Shown here: positions 1-11,220 of the stretch, piece by piece
Layout: each line of letters opens with the position of its first letter
Numbering within the stretch: position 1 is the first letter of the stretch
NCBI RefSeq assembly: GCF_009914755.1
Contig: NC_060931.1
Length of the DNA stretch: 64,000 nucleotides
Source: the human T2T-CHM13v2.0 reference genome, Homo sapiens
Direction: 5' to 3' (one strand)
The notes under the pieces: model-generated
What the model was told of the DNA's origin: nothing
Seen by the model: the letters and a program-made list of their open reading frames with translations, nothing else
Database searches by the model: none
Position numbers and translations under genes: made by a program

Positions 1-1009
1 ATCCTACTGGAAAAACATGTTGCTGGTGATGATGATGAGACAAGCTGCCAATCTAAAACAAATTCTTCCTCCTCCATATGTTGCCTTTCCCTTATGAGCA
101 ATACCAAGCATATTTTCTCCAGACTCATGTCTGAATTATTAGCTTATGAACTGTAGGACAGTTACAGAAAGGGAACTGCAGGAAGGTAGCACCTTCCAAC
201 AAATGCAGCAATTCCAACAATTCCTTGGGCTCCTAGAAGACTTCTCTCATACAGGCTTTCAACCAGCCCCCATCCCTAATCCTCCCATCAGCATAGAACC
301 CTATGACAATGGCCTGGGAGAAGGCTTGGCCCAGCTGGCCTCAGAGGTCAGGAGTGGTGAAAAGGAAGACTGTCAGCCCAGGACAGAGAGGATCCAGGAC
401 TTGCCTGGGTTGTGAAGTCCTCAGAATTGTAAGTGCCCACATACTGTTGGGGAAGAAAAACAGAATTTGGGGGAGAAATGGTAGCCTGGGGCCTAAGGAA
501 GGCCACTCCAAACTTTGCAGGAGGGCTCACCTGGGTCTGTGTTGCAGGAAAAAAAAGAGCAGAGACCAGGCTCCAAGAAATCATCTATCTCCATCTTTGC
601 CTGGAGGTACATGTGAACACTCACTGAGGTACTGCCACCTTCTCTGTCTTCCCAACAAACTATGCGCCCTAGCTGAGCATAATGAGAAAGAGAGTTCTGA
701 TATAGGCACTGTCTGATATAGGCACAGGAAGGAGGAAATATTTTGTGTGGTATGTATGTGATATCCCTGTTGTCACAGAGCTTCAATTTAAAAAACCTCA
801 AAGGAGTTGTGGCCAGCTTTAGACACTCAGGGACTAGGCTGGTTGAGTAGTAAAGATGAGGACTCAGGTTACCAAGCCCATTCAGCCTACTGGGCTCAGC
901 TACTGCACTCATCTTATTCTGCAAATGAAGAAAAATCTTGACGTGTGCCCCAGCGTGGAAAAGAGGGCAAACTTGGTAACCCGGTGACCCAGTCCCAAAT
1001 CTGCCTTTG

Positions 1010-1130
1010 CATGAGAATCATCAAAACTCAGTTTGGGGAATTAGCTAATACCCACTAACACACTCCATCTGCACAGATTCTGATTCAGTAGGTTTAAAAT
1101 AAGAGCCTGGAATCACAAGCCGTTTTTAAC
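1010..1130. mobile_element. MER5-like hAT-Charlie relic
   Basis: cagattctgattcagtaggt ... gcctggaatc ... tttttaacaa resembles the MER5A core. Confidence 0.5.
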
Positions 1131-2144
1131 AAAAACAAAAACAAAAAAACCATAAGGAGGCCCAGGCATCAAGAAGAAACAAAGGCAACAGGGGACTGCA
1201 CAGCCATGAATGGGAAGTAGCATGAGACACAGAAGCCCCTGATCTGATGAGTGTCCTCTCTCCAAGGTGTTAATGTGGGCGCGGCGGAGGCTACTAATAA
1301 TCAGCTAGTGAAGTGGCCTCTAGCCGACCAATTCAGGTGAAGATAAGTGGAAAAACTAACAAAGCAATCCGCTAGTCCAGCAAAACTAATCTGTGACTAC
1401 ATTTTAGTTACATGATGGGAAAGAGTGCACCCTCTAAAATCTGTCTGATTCTATACTTTTAAAACTTCTTGTTTGGGTTTTGTTTTTCCTTTAGTTAGTA
1501 GTAACACTGCCTTTAAAATATCTATCTTAGCCAAACTGTAAGAAAAGAGAATTGTGCATACGTAAGCCAAGTCCAGGTTTCGATGATTAACCTCTGTCTT
1601 ATTTATACAACCATTTCAACCTAGCCACTTTAACATACTTTATATTCACAAAAGTTTTAACATACTTCATACTCACAAAAGTTTTAGAGAGTAAAATTCC
1701 CAGTTACAGGCAAGAAAATCGAAGCACTCAAATTTGTATTGATTTGATTTTTATTGTAACATAATCACATGGGGATATACATGACAAATATGACATCTAA
1801 TAATCCGTAAGTGATCTACAATAAGGACAGAATTCCCCTAATTTCTAAAATGCAGAAGGAGAATTCAAAGTAGAAACTCTCCTACTTGATTAAGAAATAG
1901 ATGGTCTAATCGTGGAAATACTTTAATGGACCAGGGTCCAGGTTGGTTGATTAGGAAGATCAAAGGGTACCTGGGGAGCAGGCAAGAGTAAAGAAAGTAT
2001 AGAATGTAACCTACATTATAGTATAGATGTAATCCACATTACATCTGAATTAATAACTTAAAAAAGGTGCAAGTAAGATAAAATAATTTCACGCAAATCC
2101 TACTAATATACAATTTGACAATTTGAAATGCTATTTTCCCCCTA

Positions 2145-2430
2145 ATAAATTCATTTAAACACTTTACTAAACACTTAGTACCTATAAAGCACTAGCCCTG
2201 TGGAAGATACAGACATGAGTAAGTTCTTGTTCTTATTCTTGAGGACTCAGCAATCTCTAGGAGAGATAAGACAAATACACAAACAACCAGACTTCAAGCA
2301 GAATGTTATTCATAAGAAAGATATGGACAAATACTGTTGGGCATCTGTGAATATGAAGGTCAACTATAAATCGTTTTGGAGCTAAGCAAAACTGCTGGTT
2401 AGAAGATTTCCAGGCAGAATGCAGGGTATT
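2145..2430 (-). mobile_element. L2 3' end relic
   Basis: Degenerate ttcatttaaacactttactaaacacttagta ... gaagatacagacatgagtaag pattern of an inverted L2 3' end. Confidence 0.5.
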
Positions 2431-2737
2431 CATTTTTTCTGTAAACTATAAAATATATATGTAGTTACTTTTGACAACTACCTTTACCATATTAGGCAAA
2501 AGCAAGAATTTCCCAATGACTTATAAAAAAATTTTCATTCATACCTAAAAAGTGGTTTTAGTTTCAGATCCTCTGAGCTGTTTTATACCACAATAACTCA
2601 GTGCAGATGTCACTATTTTGGTTCTTCTGAAAATAAATGGGGAGGGGAGCAATCACCAAAGAAACAACACTCACGAAAGATAATGTGGAGACATTTAGTT
2701 TTGTGTTGCTAATCCTGGAGATTACTGGCATTTATGA

Positions 2738-3128
<391 letters not shown>

Positions 3129-3362
3129 TATTTTCTCCATTTTTATACACTTTTAGCTTTAAAAAAATGGTATAATAAAGCCCTACTACCGTCATCAGAT
3201 TTCAATGGCTTCCTACTGTGAAATGCAAAAACAAATCAGAGAAAAGCCTAACCATTTTTAATCTATAAAGGATAAGATTAGGTACAATTACTTACTTTCT
3301 TTTAAAAAAAAGAACTGAACAATTTGTGAATGTGTCTTTCAGCCATTTACAACAGACTGCTG

Positions 3363-3670
3363 GGTTTTTTTTTGTTTGTTTTTCGTTTTTTTTTTAAACA
3401 GGGTCTTGCTCTGTTGCCCAGACTGAAGTGCAGTGGCACGATCATGGCTCACTGCTGCCCCGACCCTCTTGACTCAAGCAATCCTCCCACCTCAGCCTCC
3501 CGAGTAGCTGGGACTACACACCACCATGCCTGGCTAATTTTTGTAATTTTTGTAGAGATAGGGTTTTGCTATGTTGCCCAGGCTCGTCTCGAACTCCTGG
3601 GCTCAAACAATCGCCCCACCTTGGCCTCCCAAAGTGCTGGGATTACAGGTATGGGCCATTGTGCCTGGTC
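3363..3670 (-). mobile_element. AluJ
   Basis: Dimeric Alu with J-type diagnostics (ctcaagcaatcctcccacc, ctcctgggctcaa). Confidence 0.95.
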
Positions 3671-3859
3671 CACGACTAGTCTTTTTAAGATACTGACACC
3701 ACTGGAGAGGAGAATGCCCACTCCAACTACATATTGGCTGTTAAAGCATCAAAGTGGAATGGTGGCTTGAGGGAAAATCATTAAAATGGAAAGGGCTAAT
3801 TCTACTTCATAAAGTAAAAAAACTATTTAGATTTAGGTTCTTACATATATTTTAAAAAG

Positions 3860-4650
3860 GTAGGGTATTCTAGTGAAAAGTCATGAGCTATGGAGACAGA
3901 GGACTGGAGATTTATTATATTATAGATATAAGCCTGAGCACGTTACTCAAGTTGCCTGAATTTCAATTTGTTTATCAGTAAAAGTCAATCATTTAACACA
4001 AATTTATTAAGTAACAAGCAATATTCTAGGTATTGGACATACAGCAGTGAACAAATCCTTGTCAGGATGTTCCAAGCTCTGTGGTAAGAGGTACACAGAA
4101 ATATACAGGGAAAAAAAAAAAAACAAATTTTATAATACAGTATGTCAAACGGTGATGCACATTATAGGGAAAAATAATGCAGGAAGGTTTCAAAGCATGG
4201 TCAGGGAAGGTCGCAATGAAAAAGAACACTTGGACAAAGACATGAAGGAAATGAGGAAGCCTGTAAATATCAGGGTTCCTCAAAAAGGAACAGCATGAGC
4301 AAAGAGGCCCTGAGATAGGAACCTGCCTGGCTTTTTGAAGACTAAGAGAGCCAGTACAGCTGATGCAGAGTCACAGAAGGGAAGGAGAGTAGTGGGAAAA
4401 ATGAGGTCAAGAAAAGGTGGCTAAGGGCAGCTGGGTCAAGGTCCTGTGGGACAACCAGGCTACCGTAATGGCTGTGGCTTTTCCTCTGAATAAGATTAGA
4501 AGCCCCTGGAAAGTCTAGAATATCAGAGGTGTTTCACCCATGTATGAGAGTAAACATTTACCTCATAGAATTCTTTTGGGAAGACCAAATGCAATATGGA
4601 AGGGTTTTTAAAACTAGAAAATAATGTACAAATGTGAAACATTATTATAT
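3860..4650. mobile_element. MIR pieces (~3860-3985 and ~4540-4650) flanking an inverted L2 fragment (~3988-4520)
   Basis: MIR core-like sequence (gttactcaa...tttcaatttgtttatcagtaaaa; acctcatagaa) on either side of L2-like sequence (tcatttaacacaaatttattaag...agcatgagcaaaga). Confidence 0.55.
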
Positions 4651-5569
4651 CCCTAATTTTGTATGTGTCATTTTTATATCAGACAACTTTGTTAAATTCT
4701 TCTTCTGCACTAAACAGTGGTAAATATTTCATAGGTTTTTTTCAATGGAAGAAAAAACAATGGTTTTTCTAGGAGCAACTCTCTCCATTTCTATTCCACT
4801 ATATCTAAGAACATATGAAACTCAGTTTTTTGCTTTCAAATCAAACCATAAAACAAACATTTCAACATGAAATAAAGATGCACAATGTGAAAAACAATCT
4901 CACCCTTATTCAAAGGAGCAATGGCAGTCATGAAATGATATGTTCTTAATGAGTGTTTTCCTTTGAACTGCTAGAATGGAAATGGGAGTCTCTAGTGTTA
5001 GATAAGAGACTTTGTTATCTTGTTATCACAAGGACCAGCCAAACCAAATTTCTACCTAGTCAAACGTCTCAATTATTGGCATATATAAAATATATACAGA
5101 ACAAATTTTCACTATGAAGTAAAAACAAATGAAGTATGTTGAAAATAGTAAAAATTATTGAACTAGGTAAATGACTCTTATGATACTAAACAGCCCATCA
5201 TCAAGTCACTGTTTAGAGACAATGACTGCAACTGACAGCCCTGTTAAACTTGTGAAGAAAAACAGTATCCAACTGAAATAACACTGGAAATGGAAACTTA
5301 AGTTATCTCCCCCAAGTTCTAGCCTCTTTTTTGGTCTGCTTCTCTTTTTTGTCTTTTTTATTTTACTTCGTCATTTCATAAAATGTGTGATTACCACTAC
5401 TGCTATATGAAAATAATTCATATTCCCATCACCAATTTCTACCCTAAACTTCAGTGCCACGTTGCCAGTTGTTGACTGGATACTACCAGCAACAAATAAT
5501 CCCATTTAATTTTTACTAAGCCCAACAGTTCTAAGTACTCTAACTTTGTGTATAAACTCCTCTCTCCAT

Positions 5570-5725
5570 CTTAAACCACCCTCTGAGGACGGCCTTATTA
5601 TTACCCCCATCTCACACTGGAAAGTTAAATAAGTAGCTCAAAGTAGCACATTGGGTAAGAAAAGGAACCAGCACTTGGACCCCAGGCATTTTTGCTCCAG
5701 AACGGATGCATTTAATCCCTGCTGC
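5570..5725 (-). mobile_element. MIR relic
   Basis: ccctctgagg...attattacccccat...gttaaataag...cccaggca pattern. Confidence 0.6.
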
Positions 5726-6186
5726 ACCGCAACAGTGCTCCAGCTCTGTACCTAACTCCAATAGATACAAAACAAAACTCATCGTCTACTCTCTCCTAGT
5801 TCTTATTGTCCTACTTCAAGTGGAAAGCAACTTAAATTTCAGTCACCCGGCCTCTCTTCCTCCTCCCACAGGCAGTCAGTCCCTGAGGTAGCCGGGCCTG
5901 CCTTCATGCCAAAATTTCCCTGGGCAAAGGCCACAGGGATGGGGCCCGAGGAAAGGCAGCCCGAACGCGGGGGTGTGTCAGAGCGCTTTCCCTAGGTGCC
6001 CTCCCGGGGCTGGCATCCTCTCTGCTCCCCGAAACCAACTTTCGCCATCCCACCCCGCCCTGCCGCGGACCTGCCTTGCGCTATTCCAGCAGCTCCGCAC
6101 CTCCACCCACTCCACTCCACCCTCCCCAAACAGCCCACCCTAGTCTCTATATCCCTGTGCCCTCAACTACCACCTGCACCCTTTAC

Positions 6187-6207
6187 CTGCTCCTCTGCTT
6201 CCGCCAT
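6187..6207 (-). CDS. VPS41: Coding part of exon 1 of VPS41 (HOPS complex subunit); encodes MAEAEEQ, phase-0 intron follows
   Basis: Minus strand reads GGCGCC-ATG GCG GAA GCA GAG GAG CAG|GTAAAG: strong Kozak context, 7 codons matching the human VPS41 N-terminus as I recall it (MAEAEEQETGSLEE...), then a GT donor at 6186-6185, inside a CpG-rich promoter. Too short to appear in the ORF track. Confidence 0.93.
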
Positions 6208-6235
6208 GGCGCCACGGGAGAGTCACCTGACAGAC

Positions 6236-6243
6236 CCGGAAAT
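6236..6243 (+). promoter_or_regulatory. ETS-family site (GABPA/ELK-type)
   Basis: CCGGAAAT beside the presumed TSS; typical of housekeeping CpG promoters. Confidence 0.65.
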
Positions 6244-6270
6244 AAGAGGAAACCACACACTTGGCCCAGG

Positions 6271-6290
6271 GCCTTCTGGGAAATGTAGTT
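6271..6290 (-). promoter_or_regulatory. ZNF143 SBS with ACTACA extension (ZNF143/THAP11/HCFC1 element)
   Basis: Minus strand AACTACATTTCCCAGAAGGC versus consensus AACTACAATTCCCAGAATGC; ~65-85 bp upstream of the ATG. Confidence 0.85.
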
Positions 6291-6459
6291 TTAGCTTCAT
6301 CTGAGCCTGGAAATCTCTTCTAGGGGACGGACCTGCTAGGGTTCATTTCTGCTGCCAATTCTCCAAACTCAATGGAATTCTGCTTTGAAGGATGTGAACA
6401 TAACCATTGCTAATACTATAGCTTATTTTATTGTTGTTCTTGTTTCTCTAGTTATTCTA

Positions 6460-6670
6460 GTGTTTATTAAGCACTTACTATGTCATGCCCTGGGTTTATA
6501 GCTTTGCATAAATTATCTCATTTAATCCTCACAGCAATTCCTACTATCATCCCCATTTATAGGGGAGAATACCGTAGCTCAGAGGTCATGCAGCTAGTAA
6601 GAGGCAGAACTAGTAATAGAATTCAGCCCTGCCCGATGCCAAAGTCTCTGTGATTGCCAAATGCTGCTTA
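6460..6670 (-). mobile_element. MIR relic
   Basis: tttattaagcacttactatgt...attatctcatttaatcctcacagcaa...atccccattt...cagctagtaag. Confidence 0.8.
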
Positions 6671-7415
6671 CTCTAAAAGTGTTCTTGTCCTTTTTTCTCT
6701 CTCTTTTTTAAGTATATTCAGTGAATATAAAGCAGTCTTTGCAGTGGAGAGTCAGAGAAAATTTATACGCCAACAAATAATATCATTATTTTTGCTTGCT
6801 ACTTTGTCTTCTCCTGTCATATGAACATTGATTTAAAAAAAATCTCTGTTGTTTAATAAATTAATTGTTAAACTTTTGTTGAGGATATTCAATAGGTAAA
6901 TGTTCAAGTGAAGACACAATATGAAGTTGTCCTTGGTCAAAATCTGCACAACCACTGTATTACTTCCAGCCTTCAGAATGACTGATTCCTTCTCCATGTT
7001 TCTGAACATTATGAATTCTGTTTCTTAACCCTCAGGAATCTGCAGCACCTTGTCCAAAGACAGACATTTTACAATTTCCATTCACTGGAGTAGCTGGTGA
7101 CCAGCAGAGGGCATTGCAAATGGCAGCATGTGGTGATTGCCTCAGTACCTTTTTTGACTCCCTGTGCCTCATTGACTCTGACCCAGTAGGAAGTCATGGA
7201 CTCAGTACTCTGTCTGTAGCTTGCTCAACCCATGATTCCTCAATGGCCCAGAAGCCAAGGTGACATCATCTCTGAGACACCTGTCTTCTCCCCAGGGCCT
7301 AAACAGCCTTACCTCCATCTTCTTCCTCCAAGCCTTGCTGGGGTTCCTCTTCCAGTGGGCTAATCACTCAACCGACAGGATAGACCACCCTGAGGCATTT
7401 AAATGTCTATAAGCA

Positions 7416-7700
7416 GCCAGGTGCAGTGGCTTTCACCTGTAATCCCAGCACTTTGGGAGGCCAAGGCAGTCAGATTTCATGAGCTCAAGAGTTTGAGACC
7501 ATCCTGGACAACATGGCAAAACCCTGTCTCTACAAAAAATACCAAAAATTAGCCGGGCATAATGGTGTGCGCCTGTAGTTCCAGCTACTCAGGAGGCTGA
7601 GGTGGGGGTTAAGGCTGCAGTGAGCATTGATGGTGCCACTGCACTCCAGCCTGGGCAACAGAGTGAGACCCTATCTGAAAAAAAAGAAAAAAGAAAAAAG
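7416..7700 (+). mobile_element. AluJ with ~20-bp internal deletion in right arm
   Basis: Dimeric Alu; gaggtgggg joins directly to gttaaggctgcag, so the ggatcgcttgagccc segment is missing. Degenerate TSD ...ataagca. Confidence 0.93.
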
Positions 7701-8559
7701 AAATCCATAAGCAAGCACCCAATGCCCTAAGTATAAACCTAGGGCAAGTATAAACCTAACCCAAGAGTTTCTAAAATCTCTTGCAAAGCAGCCCAGGGCC
7801 AAACATTGCTCATGATGAACTCCAGATCCCAGAAAAACTTTAATACAGACCAAAGAGACTGTGGAAGCCCTCAGTCGAGTATCCACGGGAAAGAGAAATA
7901 AAATGAGCTCTTCCACTTTTCTGACTTTCCTCACAAACTCCAATTTTCTCTTTTCTGTTATGAGTGACAGCCACCCATAAACCTCTAGGACTACAGCCTC
8001 TCCAACTGGGCAATCTCCTCTTCTATGCTGAATGGATGAGATTGGGATGAAGAAGGAAAATAAGGGATTATTACCACTGTCTTAACCACAAGGTCATTTT
8101 TGTTTTATGGTTCCATTTTATTTTGGTGAGAAGTCAAGCAGCCCAAGCAAGCAAAGCTGAAGGCCATCCACTCTGGGCCTTCCTGGCCTTTCTACTTTTC
8201 TGGAATGAGAATGTTTATTCTCTTTCTCAAGAAGGGTGTTATGGGTCTTATTAAAGATATAGCCAGACTTTATAGGTTTTCCTCTGCTCATTTAACCGTA
8301 GAAACTCTCAATTCCCCAAGTTTGTTCCGCATTCAGTATACTCTCTTGATTACAATAAAGTATTATGAGCCTCTTTCCTTTTGGAGAGACTGGAAAAGTG
8401 AAGAGACACAGGTATGGAAAGGTGAATTAGAGGAAGAAACCTACTATGAACTAGCAGGTTCGTGCTGGGACAGTGGACAGGATGAAATTCACATGTGACC
8501 TCCAAATCCCATTTGCTCATGTGAAGTGAGAGTTTGAGGCTCTCTTATCTAGGTGGTCT

Positions 8560-8715
8560 TGTATTCTCCAACTACTCTAAGTGTAGTCCAAAGACTACCT
8601 GGGAGCTTGTTAAAAATGAAGAATTTGGGGCCCTTTGAGAGATGTATTTAACCACAATCTGGATTTTAATAGTATCCCTCAGTCATATGCATATACTTTC
8701 AAGTTTGAGGAGTAG
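8560..8715. mobile_element. MER5A-like DNA transposon relic
   Basis: acctgggagcttgttaaaaatgaagaat...aatctggattttaa...aagtttgag. Confidence 0.6.
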
Positions 8716-8796
8716 TCAGCCTAACAGTCACTGATTCTGTGTCAAATCACCTGCTTTTTTTCTTGCACATGATCAGTCCACCCTCTCCCAACTTCA

Positions 8797-9135
<339 letters not shown>

Positions 9136-10269
9136 TGCAGATGGAGGTAAAGGTAAGATTCAACTTCTCATTCTCAGTCTATAGGACCTAAAATTGTTAA
9201 TAGACTTCAGAAAACAGACCTAAGACCTTATATTTGTAGAGTGGCTCACTGGTTTCAAGGATCTGTCTCATATGTTTGTTTCGTAGGTCTGAAACAGTTT
9301 ACTAACTCAAATTATAGCCATTTTATTCGTGACAATAGCATTATTTCATTGCTTAAACAATATGAACGGCTTTAATATTTTCCATTATTAAATAGCATTT
9401 ATAAATTCAGGAAACTTGAAAAATCGGCAAAGTGGACAAAGTTAAAATAATTCACTCTTATGCCCTTGCTAATTAGGGGATGTGTTGTAGATTCTTTTCC
9501 CAATCTTCAGCTTCCATTCCTTCTTAGATTGCTACCTTTCTCAATCTACAGGTGTGACAGCTAATGACAAGCAAATTTACACCACATTACACTACTAATT
9601 CCAAGCTACAATCTTAGCCTTTATTTAATTAACTGTACCAAATAGCTAAAAGAATATTGATGTTATCTTTAGCAAATTTGGCCAGCCTCAGCTTATTTTG
9701 CAGTTTAGTTTTTCCAAAACTGTACCTACTGAAACCTGTTACCTTCTAATATTCTAAATGTCATTTTAAGATATAGCTTATTGGAAATTTCCCTGAGCAA
9801 CCACATTAGATTTTCTTAATAACATTTTTCTAATTACAAAAGTACTATGTGTTCATAATAGATAACTGGAAAAATACAATAAATTATAAAATAAAATTCT
9901 AAAACCACTCATGATTTCTCCACTTAGATTATGATTGTTGGATATATGCCTTTCTTTTTTCTTCTCTTTTTTCTCTCTCTTCCTCCTTTCCCCTCTCTGT
10001 CTCTCTGTATTTATTTAAAAACTTGTCCAACAAAGATCATATTACCAAGTTTTGTCATTTTTTTTTACTTAGTCATATTTCAAGATTGTTTCCCAATAAC
10101 ATTGTAAAATATTCTTCTAAAACATGATTTTAATAAAACATGATTTCACATTATAATTCCATCGTATGAAAAGTAATGTATATAATCATTCTATTTTGTT
10201 GTATACTTTAAGTACATCTAATTAACATCCCTGTGCATAATTTTGGAAAATGCTATAATGCAAGGTGGT

Positions 10270-10810
10270 ATCAACTGCAGGAATAAAGATCATCCAAATG
10301 AGAAATGCCATTGAGGAGTTATTCAGAGCTTACTCTAGAAAGGGAGTCAGCCACCAGCACTTGCGCTGTGGCAGAGACTCAAACACAGGCACAAGAGTGG
10401 GAAGGTAGGAAAAGGGAAGGCTTCAGGTAGGCCCTGGTTGGAGGCTGCTGGCATGAGAAAGCTGCAGGTGGGGTAACCAGAAGTGGGGCAACCTATGTGA
10501 TTGGTTAGGGGTGGATATTTGGTTTTCTCTGGTTGGTCTTAGTTGGAAGTGGGAGTAAAAATTAAGGAAGTTGTCAACTACCAATAAAGTCCTGGTCATT
10601 TTAGGCTGATTGTTTCAGAGGTTATAGTTAAGGTTCCTGGATTGTTACTAGAGATGGCAGTTTTGACTGTCAGGCTAGATTCCTGGGTTTTCTATTGTGG
10701 ACAATGGCTTGGTTTCCTGGGCAATTGCTGCAGCTTGCTTCAGACTGTGGGTCAGAGTTCTATTTTAATATCTGGTCTGGCCAGTGCCCCTTTATATATT
10801 CAGTCTCTCA
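10270..10810 (-). mobile_element. ERVL-class solo LTR (MER54/MER73/MER74/MER76-like; subfamily uncertain)
   Basis: Minus strand starts TGAGAGACTGAATATA...GGCCAGACCAGATATTAAAATAGAACTCTGACCCACA with CCAAT motifs; resembles recalled ERVL LTR consensus. Confidence 0.6.
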
Positions 10811-11174
10811 CAATTTATTCTACAGTGAGCTATATATGAGAGCTCTAAACCCTCCTACCATCAAACATTAGATATTATCATTTTTTACACATTTCATTAA
10901 TTTAGCTTGGGGAAAATAGTATTAATATTTTAATTTTTGTTTTAACTTGTATGTCTTTGATTTCTGATGAGGGGATGTTTTTCATAAATTTACTGGCCAT
11001 TTTCAACTTTGTTCTGTCCTTTCTACTCTTGCTCTTTACCCATCTTTTGTGGGAAAGTTGATCTTTTCCCTATTTGGCTTGTAAAAGAAATGTTCAGTAG
11101 ATATTTGGTTATTTGGTTTGAAGCTAGGAGGAGTCTGGTGCTGGACGTAAATAATCTGAGGTCTTCAACATATA

Positions 11175-11220
11175 TTAGGTTGGTGCAAAAGTAATTGCAG
11201 TTTTTGCCATTACTTTTAAT
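11175..11220 (+). mobile_element. Half MADE1 (Hsmar1-derived MITE) inserted at a TA inside an L2 relic
   Basis: TA-TTAGGTTGGTGCAAAAGTAATTGCAGTTTTTGCCATTACTTTTAAT matches the MADE1 left TIR plus spacer; right arm absent. Confidence 0.9.

Larger units (their letters stand above)
5890..6300 (-). promoter_or_regulatory. VPS41: CpG-rich TATA-less promoter / first-exon region of VPS41 with short 5'UTR
   Basis: Local CpG/GC enrichment against an AT-rich, CpG-depleted background. GC-box CCCCGCCC at 6053-6060, E-box-like GTCACCTGAC at 6222-6231, ETS CCGGAAAT at 6236-6243, ZNF143 motif at 6271-6290. Confidence 0.88.

Noticed and set aside
146-924. Overlapping ORFs of 64-143 aa at the left edge
   Set aside because: No recognisable protein family, present in several frames on both strands, and inside VPS41 intron 1; consistent with chance.
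6167-6174. Alternative donor CAG|GTGGTA 13 nt into intron 1
   Set aside because: Weak consensus and would shift the frame; no evidence of use.
5996-6304. 102-aa Pro-rich plus-strand ORF
   Set aside because: Starts at GTG and reflects C-rich antisense promoter sequence; only its ATG-initiated tail is kept as a low-level lead.
7020-7265. Possible plus-strand exon (acceptor ttcttaaccctcag at 7035, donor AAG|GTGACA at 7260)
   Set aside because: Weak donor; such motifs are common by chance without transcript data.
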